The notes below the pieces were generated by a model. That model worked only from the letters and a program-made list of their open reading frames with translations. It had not been told where the DNA came from and did no database searches. From Oceanispirochaeta sp. (lineage in GTDB: Bacteria > Spirochaetota > Spirochaetia > DSM-2461), in NCBI GenBank assembly GCA_963666275.2, contig CAXXOA010000002.1, positions 352,001 to 416,000 of the forward strand: DNA of 64,000 nt, given 5' to 3'. A program made the translations under genes and the position numbers. Of this stretch, positions 19,641 to 28,952 are shown piece after piece. Every line of letters starts with the position of its first letter. The stretch's first letter is position 1.

Positions 19641-21422
19641 ATGGAAAAAATGAAGAGAACCGTTACCTGCGGAGGACTTACCGCAAAAAACGATGGCCAG
19701 ACTGTTATCCTCAACGGTTGGGTCCATAGAAACAGAGACCATGGAGGAATCCACTTTATAAATCTGAGAGACCGTTACGGCGAAACTCAGATTGTTGTGG
19801 ATGAAGATGCTCCGGCTGAACTCAGCGAAAAAGCCGGCAGTCTAAAGTTTGAGTACTGTGTAGCCGTGGAAGGCGTCGTAAGACTGCGGCCGGAAAGCAT
19901 GATTAATACCGAGATGGCCACGGGGGAAATTGAAGTTTCAGTCAAAGATATAAGCATACTGAACACCTGTAAAACCCTGCCGTTCATGATAGAAGATGAA
20001 ACTGATTCCAATGAAACAGCCCGTCTGAAATACCGTTATCTTGACATGCGTTCCAAAGGAATGCAGGACAGGATCATCCTGCGAAACAAGGTAACCTATG
20101 CAGTCAGAGAGTATCTTCAGAAATCGGATTTTCTTGAGATCGAAACTCCCACTCTGATTAAATCCACCCCCGAAGGAGCCAGAGACTTCCTTGTCCCTTC
20201 ACGGCTCCATGCGGGACGATTTTTTGCCCTTCCCCAGTCACCCCAGCTTTACAAGCAGCTTCTCATGGTTTCGGGGTTTGACAAATACTTTCAGATTGCC
20301 CGTTGCTACCGGGATGAAGATGCCAGAGGGGACAGACAGCTTGAGTTTACCCAGATCGACCTGGAAATGAGCTTTGTCTCCCGAGAGGATATTTTTAAAG
20401 TCACCGAAGGAATGATGCGTCATATTTTCTCGGAATCCCTGGGAGTGGAACTGCCGGTGCAGTTTGAACGGCTCTCCTATGATGACGCCATGAACCTGTA
20501 CGGAAGCGATAAACCCGACCTTAGATTCGATATGAAATTCCAGGACTTTGCCCCCTATGTAGCGGGCAGCGATTTCAGTGTCTTCAAGTCGGTACTCGAA
20601 TCTGAAGGAACTGTGAAAGCCCTGGTTGTTCCCGGAGCTGCGGCGGACTATTCCCGAAAAAAAATCACAGAGCTGGAAGAGACGGCCAAAACCTACGGTG
20701 CCAAAGGACTGGCCTGGATGAAGGTGACCGCCGACGGTCTGGATGGGGGTGTTTCCAAATTCTACGCCAATCAGGCGGAAGCCATCTGTTCCGGCCTGGG
20801 TGCCACCGAGGGAGATCTGATCCTTCTGATGGGTGCATCCTGGAAGACAGCCTGCACCTCCCTGGGTGCTGTCCGCTCCCGACTGGGAAAAGATCTGAAA
20901 CTGATAGACGAGAGCATCTTCAAATTTGTCTGGATCATAGATTTCCCCCTCTTTGAATGGAACGAAGAAGAGGAAGCCTGGGAACCGGCTCACCATATGT
21001 TCTCCATGCCCCAGGAACAGTACCTGGAAACAATGGAACAGGATCCGGGCCCCGTCAAGGGAGATCTGTACGACCTGGTTCTCAACGGTTACGAACTTGC
21101 CAGCGGTTCCATCAGGGTCCACGATCCGGAGTTGCAGCAGAGAATATTCAATGTCGTGGGATTTCCCAAAGAAGCGGCAGAAGAACGCTTCGGATTCCTT
21201 CTGGAATCTTTCCGTTACGGCGCGCCTCCCCATGGCGGAATGGCTGCCGGACTGGACCGTCTGGTTATGATCATGGCGGGAAAGGAATCCATCAAAGAGG
21301 TGATTCCCTTTCCGAAAAACAGCGCAGGCATGTCCCCCATGGATGAAAGCCCCGCCAGGGTAGATGAGATTCAGCTGAAAGACCTTCACCTGGATGTGAT
21401 TCTGCCGGAAGAGACAGAATAA
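19641..21422 (+). CDS. aspS: Aspartate-tRNA ligase
   Basis: RDHGG..FINLRD, STPEGARDF, LPQSPQLYKQ, APPHGG. Confidence 0.98.
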   Translation: MEKMKRTVTCGGLTAKNDGQTVILNGWVHRNRDHGGIHFINLRDRYGETQIVVDEDAPAELSEKAGSLKFEYCVAVEGVVRLRPESMINTEMATGEIEVSVKDISILNTCKTLPFMIEDETDSNETARLKYRYLDMRSKGMQDRIILRNKVTYAVREYLQKSDFLEIETPTLIKSTPEGARDFLVPSRLHAGRFFALPQSPQLYKQLLMVSGFDKYFQIARCYRDEDARGDRQLEFTQIDLEMSFVSREDIFKVTEGMMRHIFSESLGVELPVQFERLSYDDAMNLYGSDKPDLRFDMKFQDFAPYVAGSDFSVFKSVLESEGTVKALVVPGAAADYSRKKITELEETAKTYGAKGLAWMKVTADGLDGGVSKFYANQAEAICSGLGATEGDLILLMGASWKTACTSLGAVRSRLGKDLKLIDESIFKFVWIIDFPLFEWNEEEEAWEPAHHMFSMPQEQYLETMEQDPGPVKGDLYDLVLNGYELASGSIRVHDPELQQRIFNVVGFPKEAAEERFGFLLESFRYGAPPHGGMAAGLDRLVMIMAGKESIKEVIPFPKNSAGMSPMDESPARVDEIQLKDLHLDVILPEETE

Positions 21423-21442
21423 GTACAGACAAGAGAGAACAG

Positions 21443-21473
21443 AGGGGGGCGCGTCAATGCGTCCCCTTTTTTT
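21443..21473 (+). terminator. Intrinsic terminator after aspS
   Basis: GC-rich hairpin followed by T7. Confidence 0.7.
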
Positions 21474-21475
21474 AT

Positions 21476-22810
21476 TTAAATTGTAAGGTCTTTCGTTTCC
21501 TCTCCGGAACCGTCCTTCAGGGTCTGAACGATGAATTCATTGGTTCTCTGCAGACGGTTTGCCAGAAGACGACTTATAAACAGGCCGTACTGGGGATACC
21601 TTTTCAGGACCTGAATGAAAGATTTTCTCGGGATCCTGATAAGTTTCCCCGGGGTTTCCGCAATAACCGAGGCACTGCGGTTCCTGTTCAGCAGAAACGC
21701 CATTTCACCCATAAAAACATCATCCGGCTGTATTTTTCCCACTGTCTTTCCATGGTGGATAACATTGTACTGACCGCTGGAGATGTAGTAGATGGAATCT
21801 CCCGGATCTCCCGCCCGGACCACCACATCACCCGGTTTTACCGAAATCATCTCCTCGCCGGAGAATCCGGCGGGTGTCAGTTTTTCGTGGAGCTTTCGGT
21901 TATTCATGATCATAGAGACCTGAGTGCCTTTTTTATTGAAAAGAACTCTGTCGGCAACAATCCTGGAAAGGAGGATTCCTCTCCCGTTGCTGGAACCGGA
22001 GGAGGCATTCTGCAGAGACTTTTTAAAGGCTTCCACATCGAAGCCCTCCCCCTCATCGCTTATGATAAAACGGGATTCCTCATCCGAAAGGTCCCATTCC
22101 AGAAGAACTTTTCTGGAGCCGATCCTGGGATCTTTATTTTTTTCAATGATCATCTCGATCAGACTTGACCCCTGAGATAGCCCCTGGTCCCGCTCTTCTC
22201 TGGTAATCCCGCAGTTTCCGTGCTCGATTGCATTCAGCACCAGTTCCGACAGGGCCATCTGGAGTTTGAATCTCTCCTCGTTGGAGATCCTTCCGGACCG
22301 GACCATATTGATGGAAAGGATACCCGCATACACTGAGGCTACCGCATAGTCGCTGTTGCTGATGCTGAAGGCGCCGGAGAATTTATTGAGGATATTATCG
22401 GCCAGTTCATTCTGATAGATCAGCTGTCTGTTGGCATAGACAATCGAGAGGATCTTGCTGAAATGGGTTCTGATCTGGGAGTAGTCCATCATGGCCAGCA
22501 GATTCAGGTTCCGGTACTGATCCAAAAGACGGGATTCTTCATGCCGTCCCAGGTCATAAACACCAATGAGCCCCGAGCTGTGCAGCCAGGAGTCTTCCAT
22601 TATCTTTTCTTTCAGGAGGGTGAGATCAATTTTTTTGTCCGAAAGGTGAAGGATGGTGAGATCGGGCAGCTCGAAATTCAGGATATCCAGGGCCTCGGAA
22701 ACACTCTCTGTAAATCTGAGGTGAAAATCCCCCGGGAATTCATTCTGAATAACCCTCTCTATGCCCTGATTAATGATGGAGTCACTGCAGATAACTGCTA
22801 TGGTATTCAT
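21476..22810 (-). CDS. Pseudo-receiver + RsbW-like HATPase + cyclic-nucleotide-binding protein
   Basis: SELVLNAIEHGN, ISDEGEGFD, GRGI; FMGEMAF...RSASV cNMP motif. Confidence 0.82.
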   Translation of the reverse strand: MNTIAVICSDSIINQGIERVIQNEFPGDFHLRFTESVSEALDILNFELPDLTILHLSDKKIDLTLLKEKIMEDSWLHSSGLIGVYDLGRHEESRLLDQYRNLNLLAMMDYSQIRTHFSKILSIVYANRQLIYQNELADNILNKFSGAFSISNSDYAVASVYAGILSINMVRSGRISNEERFKLQMALSELVLNAIEHGNCGITREERDQGLSQGSSLIEMIIEKNKDPRIGSRKVLLEWDLSDEESRFIISDEGEGFDVEAFKKSLQNASSGSSNGRGILLSRIVADRVLFNKKGTQVSMIMNNRKLHEKLTPAGFSGEEMISVKPGDVVVRAGDPGDSIYYISSGQYNVIHHGKTVGKIQPDDVFMGEMAFLLNRNRSASVIAETPGKLIRIPRKSFIQVLKRYPQYGLFISRLLANRLQRTNEFIVQTLKDGSGEETKDLTI

Positions 22811-22889
22811 AATGCAAACTTTTCCTTATTAAAATCCCGTTCATTAATATTAAGAGATATCCCGGCAAAAACCAACTCTTTTTCTTTTT

Positions 22890-22917
22890 CCAAACTGTGA
22901 ATTAATTCACAGTTTGG
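22890..22917. promoter_or_regulatory. Perfect 28-bp palindromic operator (Rex/CRP-like)
   Basis: CCAAACTGTGAATT-AATTCACAGTTTGG between divergent genes; TTGCGG-N17-TATAGT promoter follows at 22920-22948. Confidence 0.75.
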
Positions 22918-22955
22918 TGTTGCGGTTTTTTTTCCCTCCCTGTATAGTCCGAAAC

Positions 22956-23594
22956 ATGAGGTCAGACAAGTTTTCACAGGCTTCCCGGTTAAGGATGATT
23001 CGTCTCTATATCTACCTTAAAAATCTTGATTACCAGTGGCTTGAAACGAAACAGACCTCCCGGGATCTGGCGGCTTCCATCGGCACGACCGGCACTTCTC
23101 TCCGAAAGGATCTGAGTATCCTGGGCTGTCAGGCAGAAGGCTGGGGCTACCGGGGAGCAGAGCTGATTCCCCAGCTTGAGAAGCATCTCCTTCTGGATCT
23201 CCGTGTTGTGGCGGGGATTGCCGGGCTGGAACCCTGGGGATCGGTGCTGCTCAGTAATCCGGAGCTTCTGCCGGGCCTTCATATTACTGCCGGTTTCGAC
23301 AGCAATATGAACCGCCTGGAAAGGATGAGTACAAATATTCCCCTGTACCCCTCCCATGAGATTCCGGAAGTTTTCAGGGAGAAAGAAATTAAACTGGGTG
23401 TTATCTCTTCCGGGGGAGGGATGATACAGAAAACAGCGGAACGCATGGTCAAGGGAGGCGCCCTGGCCATTCTGAATCTGACCCCCCGGATTCTGGATCT
23501 TCCTGAAGGGGTTTTCACCTATCAGGCAGATATTCAATCAGGTATTCTAATGCTCCTGTCACAGATAAACGGGAGCTCTAACCAAAAGGAGTAG
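22956..23594 (+). CDS. Rex-family transcriptional regulator (divergent)
   Basis: RMIRLYIYL, TSRDLA, SLRKDLS, GY, ITAGFD, AILNLTP; ATG 22956 preferred over the track's TTG. Confidence 0.75.
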   Translation: MRSDKFSQASRLRMIRLYIYLKNLDYQWLETKQTSRDLAASIGTTGTSLRKDLSILGCQAEGWGYRGAELIPQLEKHLLLDLRVVAGIAGLEPWGSVLLSNPELLPGLHITAGFDSNMNRLERMSTNIPLYPSHEIPEVFREKEIKLGVISSGGGMIQKTAERMVKGGALAILNLTPRILDLPEGVFTYQADIQSGILMLLSQINGSSNQKE

Positions 23595-23597
23595 AGT

Positions 23598-24776
23598 ATG
23601 TTTGCCATTCAGACATTGAACAAGATTTCCTCTAAAGGACTGGACCGGCTTCCCCGGGAAAAGTTCGAGACAGCCACCGAACTGACCCATCCGGATGCAA
23701 TCCTGGTGCGGAGCTATAAGATTCAGCCCGAGGAGATCTCAGAGACTGTAAAAGCGATCGGAAGAGCCGGAGCGGGTGTAAACAATATCCCCGTGGATTA
23801 CTGTACCGACAGGGGTGTGGTTGTCTTCAATACCCCCGGTGCCAATGCCAACAGCGTCAAGGAACTGGTACTGACAGGGCTTTTTCTCTCCTCCCGGAAT
23901 ATCAATGCCGGAATCAACTGGGTTCAGACCCTGAAAAAGGACGATGAAGTGTCCCGGCTTGTGGAAAAAGAGAAATCCCGATTTTCCGGCCCCGAAATTC
24001 AGGGCAAGAAACTCGGTGTTATCGGACTGGGGGCCATCGGAGTTCTTGTTTCCAATGCAGCTCTGAGCCTGGGAATGGAGGTAACCGGATATGACCCTTT
24101 TATCTCCATCAATGCCGCCTGGGGACTCTCTCCGGAAGTGAAAAAAGCTTCCTCTCTGGATCAGCTCATAGCCGGTTCAGACTACATAACTCTCCACATT
24201 CCCCTGACAGATAAAACAAGGGGGATTATGGATACCAATCAGTTTGAAATGATGAAAGACGGAACCAGGCTTCTGAACTTTGCCCGGGGAGGACTGGTAA
24301 ACAACGACAGCCTGAAACAGGCGATTGAAGACGGAAAAATCAGCTACTATATTACCGACTTTCCCGATGGAGACCTGCTGGGCAATCCAAGAATCATCAC
24401 GATCCCTCACCTGGGGGCGTCCTCTCCCGAAGCAGAGGAAAACTGCGCCATCATGGCGGCCAGTCAGGTACGTGACTTTCTTGAATCGGGCAAAATTGTA
24501 AATTCGGTCAACTTCCCCACCTGTTCCATGGAGTATGACGGAGGATACAGACTCCTGATCGCCAATAAAAATGTCCCCAACATGGTTGGTCAGATCTCGA
24601 CGACTCTGGCAGAAAACGGATTGAATATCCAGGATATGATGAACAAACACAAAGATGATATTGCCTACAATATCATCGATATATCCAATAAGGCCGACGA
24701 GGCTCTTCTCAGAAAACTGTCCGACATTGAAGGTGTTGTTATGGTAAGGCAGATCCTGCCCGAGGGAGAGGAGTAA
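23598..24776 (+). CDS. serA: D-3-phosphoglycerate dehydrogenase with ACT domain
   Basis: RAGAGVNNIP, NTPGANA, GLGAIG, PHLGAS, C-terminal NKNVPNM ACT. Confidence 0.92.
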   Translation: MFAIQTLNKISSKGLDRLPREKFETATELTHPDAILVRSYKIQPEEISETVKAIGRAGAGVNNIPVDYCTDRGVVVFNTPGANANSVKELVLTGLFLSSRNINAGINWVQTLKKDDEVSRLVEKEKSRFSGPEIQGKKLGVIGLGAIGVLVSNAALSLGMEVTGYDPFISINAAWGLSPEVKKASSLDQLIAGSDYITLHIPLTDKTRGIMDTNQFEMMKDGTRLLNFARGGLVNNDSLKQAIEDGKISYYITDFPDGDLLGNPRIITIPHLGASSPEAEENCAIMAASQVRDFLESGKIVNSVNFPTCSMEYDGGYRLLIANKNVPNMVGQISTTLAENGLNIQDMMNKHKDDIAYNIIDISNKADEALLRKLSDIEGVVMVRQILPEGEE

Positions 24777-24795
24777 CTTTTTACCCCGGTTTGAG

Positions 24796-24828
24796 GGAGC
24801 TGTTCTGAAAAGGACAGCTCCTTTTTTT
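24796..24828 (+). terminator. Intrinsic terminator after serA
   Basis: GGAGCTGT/ACAGCTCC stem then T7. Confidence 0.8.
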
Positions 24829-25531
24829 ATCTCCCGGGATAGTATTTAATCTGATCGATTCCGTAGAGAATCCTGACAAAGCTGTTATAGCTGCCTGACC
24901 CGAGAGTCAAACGGGGAGAATGGCTGAAACAGAGAAGTCCCGAGACCTCCCGGGGGCGATTATAATACTGCTGCCTGAGATCTTCCCGAACAGCCTCTTT
25001 CACCCCCAGCTCCATAGCCACCCTGCCGGCATCAGCGGTTGTCACAGGCTCGCTGGCTTTCCCGCCGGCGGCTCGGTAGCGGCTCATATGGAACTGCTCC
25101 ACCCGGCGGCTCTGAAGGGGAGAAAGCCAGTAGGAAAACTGAACTGTCAGGGTTCTGTAATCATCAAAGATGGTCTCCACTCTGAGGGAGGGATCCCCTT
25201 TTTCAATCAGAGCGACCGGCGTGAGGGTGAACTCATCTTCGATCTGCTGTTCCCGGGAGCCCGGGACATACCTGTAGTGAAAACCATAGATCATACCGGA
25301 AAAGATCCAGCGGGCTTCTTCCAGTAGGATTCTCACTGCCTTATCCCGGATCTCAGGATACTCCTCGGGACTGGATGCCGTTCCGTCATCGGAAAATTTC
25401 ATCAGATTGAAATCATGAAAGGAGAGATCTTCCGACAGCTCAACAGTAAGATACGGTTCTGATGCGGCATGGAGGGAAAGCCCTGTGAGACAGAACAGAA
25501 AAATGAAAAAAGAAACTCTCAATCGCACCAT
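24827..25531 (-). CDS. Exported hypothetical protein
   Basis: Signal peptide ending LHA; start overlaps the rhomboid stop. Confidence 0.7.
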   Translation of the reverse strand: MVRLRVSFFIFLFCLTGLSLHAASEPYLTVELSEDLSFHDFNLMKFSDDGTASSPEEYPEIRDKAVRILLEEARWIFSGMIYGFHYRYVPGSREQQIEDEFTLTPVALIEKGDPSLRVETIFDDYRTLTVQFSYWLSPLQSRRVEQFHMSRYRAAGGKASEPVTTADAGRVAMELGVKEAVREDLRQQYYNRPREVSGLLCFSHSPRLTLGSGSYNSFVRILYGIDQIKYYPGR

Positions 25532-26187
25532 CAGTTCCAGGGATTACCCCGGGAGTCTCTGAATACAGTGACAGGATCAGTTCCCAGGCGGACACGGAAA
25601 TAGAGGTAACCGAAGAGAAGTCCCGCCAGGTGGGTCATATGAGCCACCCCCCCCTGGAGTCCGAACACCATGGAGAACAGTTCGATTCCCGCATAGAGGG
25701 AGACCATTACCGGAGTTTTCAGGGGGATGATCCCCATCAGATAGACTCTGGAATGGGGGAAATAGACAGCAAATGCCAGAAGTACAGCAAATATGGCCCC
25801 GGAGGCTCCCATCAGAAATACTGTATAGGTCCCTGTCATCAGATATATGACAAGAGAGAAAACACCCGAAAGGATACCCGTAAAAAAGTAGTAGACCATG
25901 AACTCGGTGGACCCCATCCTCTCTTCCAGCTGAGGACCGAAGAAAAAAAGCCCCAGCATATTAAAAAGGATGTGATTCATACCCCCGTGGACAAACATAT
26001 ATGTTACCGGGGTCCAGTAGAAATGCCTTTGAAGAAAAAGGACCGGATTCATAGCCAGATACCCCTGCAGACGGGGCATCAGCATGGTTAGAAAAAAAAC
26101 GGTCACATTAATTCCAATCAGAATCAGAGAGTAATGAGAAAAATGATAGGCAAAAGGTTTTCTTAAACCGCGTCCGTGCTGTTTCAT
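25531..26187 (-). CDS. Rhomboid intramembrane serine protease
   Basis: MFVHG..HILFNM, GASG, AHMTHLAG. Confidence 0.93.
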   Translation of the reverse strand: MKQHGRGLRKPFAYHFSHYSLILIGINVTVFFLTMLMPRLQGYLAMNPVLFLQRHFYWTPVTYMFVHGGMNHILFNMLGLFFFGPQLEERMGSTEFMVYYFFTGILSGVFSLVIYLMTGTYTVFLMGASGAIFAVLLAFAVYFPHSRVYLMGIIPLKTPVMVSLYAGIELFSMVFGLQGGVAHMTHLAGLLFGYLYFRVRLGTDPVTVFRDSRGNPWN

Positions 26188-26256
26188 AAATATAAAGTAA
26201 TGCTCCCGAGGGGAAAGATCAATAAAATGCTCCTCCTGAAAGAGGGAAATCCACGA

Positions 26257-27852
26257 TTACTGAAGGGAAAAGAGGCGGACCCCTTTATTCTCCAGCTGAT
26301 CGATCAGAAGAGAGTTATCCGCAGAGAGATAGAGACTCCCCTGAGAGGATGTGAAGTCATATTCAACCACAGTCAGGACCTTGGAATCCTTTACAAATTC
26401 CCCGTAGTCTATGCGGATGGGAACGGGTTTGCTCCCGGGCTCAGGCCCAGTCGGACGATCCAGGCTGATCAGCGAAATGAGGATCCGGTTTCTTTCTCTG
26501 ATGATCCACCAGGCAAAGGATTCATCGGCCACAACCTTCAGCAGACGGCCCTTGGTGAATACAGAGGTATACCGGGTATAGACATCTTCAATCCGGTTCT
26601 GAATGTCCCCGAACTCCCTGTCGGTCAGGTAGGAGTTTCCCAGCAGCAGAGGCCGTCTGTACCCGCGAAGTCCGCTGAATCTTGTGAGAAAGTAAAACCG
26701 CAGAACCGAAGCGGGATCTCCTGATTCTGACGGCAGCAGAACTGTCCGTGAAAAGGGTATTTTCTTTTTGCTGTTAATGTCAAAGAGTCTTCCCAGGTTA
26801 TGAAACCAGTCATGGAAAGCCTGTTCATCCAGTGTTCCAATGGAGGAGAGAGGAGAACTCAGCAGATTGGTAATTTCCTGAAACCGCTGATCCTCTTCGC
26901 TTTCTGGATACTCGACAATCCATCCTGTATACTTTTTCAGATCCCCTTTCCCGGGGCTCTGAACAAGAAGAACCGTCTCTTCGGCTTCCCGGGGATTCAT
27001 GCCTTCCGGAAGAGAAAGGAATATGAAATCCAGGGAATACCGGCTCTGGAGATTCAGGAATATATCGGCAAAGTATTCGCGGCAGACAGGGTTTTCCAGG
27101 TTGAAGCAGGGAGTATCCTCCATGCTGCCAATGGTGGCTGCCGTCAGGGAGGCCCCATTCACCCTCTCCCGGATCTTCGGATAATCATAGAATCCGCTCT
27201 TCTGAAATTCTTCAGCCGTGATTCTTTCCACTTCTTTCAGGAGTGCCTGCCGGTCCCCGGGCTGCCTTCCGTTGAGGAGCCACTGAAAAAATTCGGGTTT
27301 TCTGTAGATCACAGCCGAATCGGGTGCCACCAGAGGGGAGAGATAGTACCCGACTTTAAGACCTGTCAGATGGGCGGCCGCCAGGAAAAGATGAAACTGC
27401 TCCTCCAGGGTGAGGCCGGCTGTTTCCATAAGAGGGTCCGAAAGATTCTTATCCAGCAGAGAGTGACTCACCGGATAGAGAGGAAACTCCTCCTGGATCT
27501 GGGTAACCGGCAGGAGAACCAGACCGTCAATTCTCAGATAGGGAAGAATTCTCAGAGCCTGAAAAAAAGATCCCGCATCCCTGAGCTGAAAAAATTGAAA
27601 ATTGCTTTCTCCCATCCATCGGGCATCCCGTCTCCGGCAGACAGGACTGGATGCGCTGCGGAGCAGTGAGAGCCTTCTGAAAAAATCAATGACTCCCCCG
27701 CTGCTGATCTCAGCCGAAGAGTAGTCCTCTTCATTGAGATACCCGCTGTGAGTATACTCTTTAAAGAGTTTGAGACCTTCGCTCTTTTCCGAATCTGATA
27801 AAGGATAAACAGCCGATAATCTTTGCCAGAGTTTTTTTCCTGATACTGCCAT
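26257..27852 (-). CDS. GH13/maltosyltransferase-like TIM-barrel protein, probably non-catalytic
   Basis: DGLVLLPV, LDKNLSDP...EEQFHLFLAAAHLTGLKV, KPEFFQW resemble GH13 N-terminal regions. Confidence 0.5.
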   Translation of the reverse strand: MAVSGKKLWQRLSAVYPLSDSEKSEGLKLFKEYTHSGYLNEEDYSSAEISSGGVIDFFRRLSLLRSASSPVCRRRDARWMGESNFQFFQLRDAGSFFQALRILPYLRIDGLVLLPVTQIQEEFPLYPVSHSLLDKNLSDPLMETAGLTLEEQFHLFLAAAHLTGLKVGYYLSPLVAPDSAVIYRKPEFFQWLLNGRQPGDRQALLKEVERITAEEFQKSGFYDYPKIRERVNGASLTAATIGSMEDTPCFNLENPVCREYFADIFLNLQSRYSLDFIFLSLPEGMNPREAEETVLLVQSPGKGDLKKYTGWIVEYPESEEDQRFQEITNLLSSPLSSIGTLDEQAFHDWFHNLGRLFDINSKKKIPFSRTVLLPSESGDPASVLRFYFLTRFSGLRGYRRPLLLGNSYLTDREFGDIQNRIEDVYTRYTSVFTKGRLLKVVADESFAWWIIRERNRILISLISLDRPTGPEPGSKPVPIRIDYGEFVKDSKVLTVVEYDFTSSQGSLYLSADNSLLIDQLENKGVRLFSLQ

Positions 27853-27859
27853 AGGGATA

Positions 27860-28909
27860 TTATAGCATCTTCTTCAGAAATGTCTCCACCATATCGATTT
27901 GAAGGGTTAATGCCTCACAGGGATCAAAGAGCCCTTTCAGATTTTTCAGGGCTTCATCCATCATGGCTCGCGCAATGTCACCGGCTTTTGCGATCGAACC
28001 GGACTGATCCATAAAGGCGATGGCTTCTTCCACAATATCCCGGCCCTCAGCCATCCCTTTTTCCCCGGCCTGACGGAACAGGTCCGCCAGTGCAGGATAT
28101 TCTCCGGGATTGTCTCTGTGAAACAGAATGACAGGGAGGCTCTTCTTGCCTTCCACAATATCATCCCCTCTCTGCTTGCCGGGATTTCCCGTGGTGAGGT
28201 TCTTCACGTCATCCAGAACCTGGAAGCCCACACCGATCCGCTCCCAGACATCACCGGCCAGGTCCGCTTTTTCAGCAGATTCTCCGGCGATAAGGACCCC
28301 GGCCTGAGCAGCGAACCGGGCAAGAGCTCCGGTTTTGAAACGGCACATCTGAAGGTAGATCTCTTTATCCGGGATATCCCTGTGATTGTTATGCCACTGG
28401 ATATCCAGTCCCTGACCGAAATGAAGACGTCTCAGATTCTCGCAGTACGAATCCAGAAGGGCAAACTTCAGGGCGGCCGGTTTATCAAGTCCGGCAACCA
28501 GGCCGGTGGCATTGAAGTACATAAGGTTCCCCGCATTAATCGACAGATCCTCTCCATAGAGGAGATGAACCGCCGGTTTTCCCCGCCTCTCCACGGACTT
28601 GTCTTCAATATCATCAATGATAAGGGAACCGTTATGGGCCAGCTCCACCATGGGGGTCAGGGGGTATACATCGTCGGGATCCCCTCCGGCGGCTTCGCTG
28701 GACAGGACCATAACAAGAGGACGCCAGCGCTTGCCGCCCCGGTGCAGAAGCTCCACTCCGGGAGCATGGAATGTATCTATCATTCCCCCGGGGATTTCAG
28801 TTTCACGGGACCTTGTCATCCCGTCCATCCAGGCAGGAGGGCAGGTTTCGGGCATGACCCGGAACAGAGCCTCTTCAATTTTTTCCAATCTCAATCTATT
28901 ATGGTCCAT
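27860..28909 (-). CDS. Polyprenyl diphosphate synthase
   Basis: GGKRWRP, IIDDIED...RRG, GQGLDI, KTG, FQVLDD. Confidence 0.94.
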   Translation of the reverse strand: MDHNRLRLEKIEEALFRVMPETCPPAWMDGMTRSRETEIPGGMIDTFHAPGVELLHRGGKRWRPLVMVLSSEAAGGDPDDVYPLTPMVELAHNGSLIIDDIEDKSVERRGKPAVHLLYGEDLSINAGNLMYFNATGLVAGLDKPAALKFALLDSYCENLRRLHFGQGLDIQWHNNHRDIPDKEIYLQMCRFKTGALARFAAQAGVLIAGESAEKADLAGDVWERIGVGFQVLDDVKNLTTGNPGKQRGDDIVEGKKSLPVILFHRDNPGEYPALADLFRQAGEKGMAEGRDIVEEAIAFMDQSGSIAKAGDIARAMMDEALKNLKGLFDPCEALTLQIDMVETFLKKML

Positions 28910-28952
28910 AATTCATCCTTTTGAAAAACATTATAGTCAGGGAGCTGCCACA

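Noticed and set aside
20238..21389. 383-aa antisense ORF over aspS, and similar long shadow ORFs (17380-18318, 26800-27669, 31533-32528, 48123-49376, 60071-60934, 62154-63101)
   Set aside because: They lie opposite well-supported genes, carry no motifs, and are explained by codon bias on the coding strand
28599..28952. N-terminal extensions in the ORF track (rlmE; also lptB, LytTR, dctP, the dehydratase and lepB)
   Set aside because: They overlap neighbouring genes or promoters; downstream starts with an SD or -10 box fit family sizes
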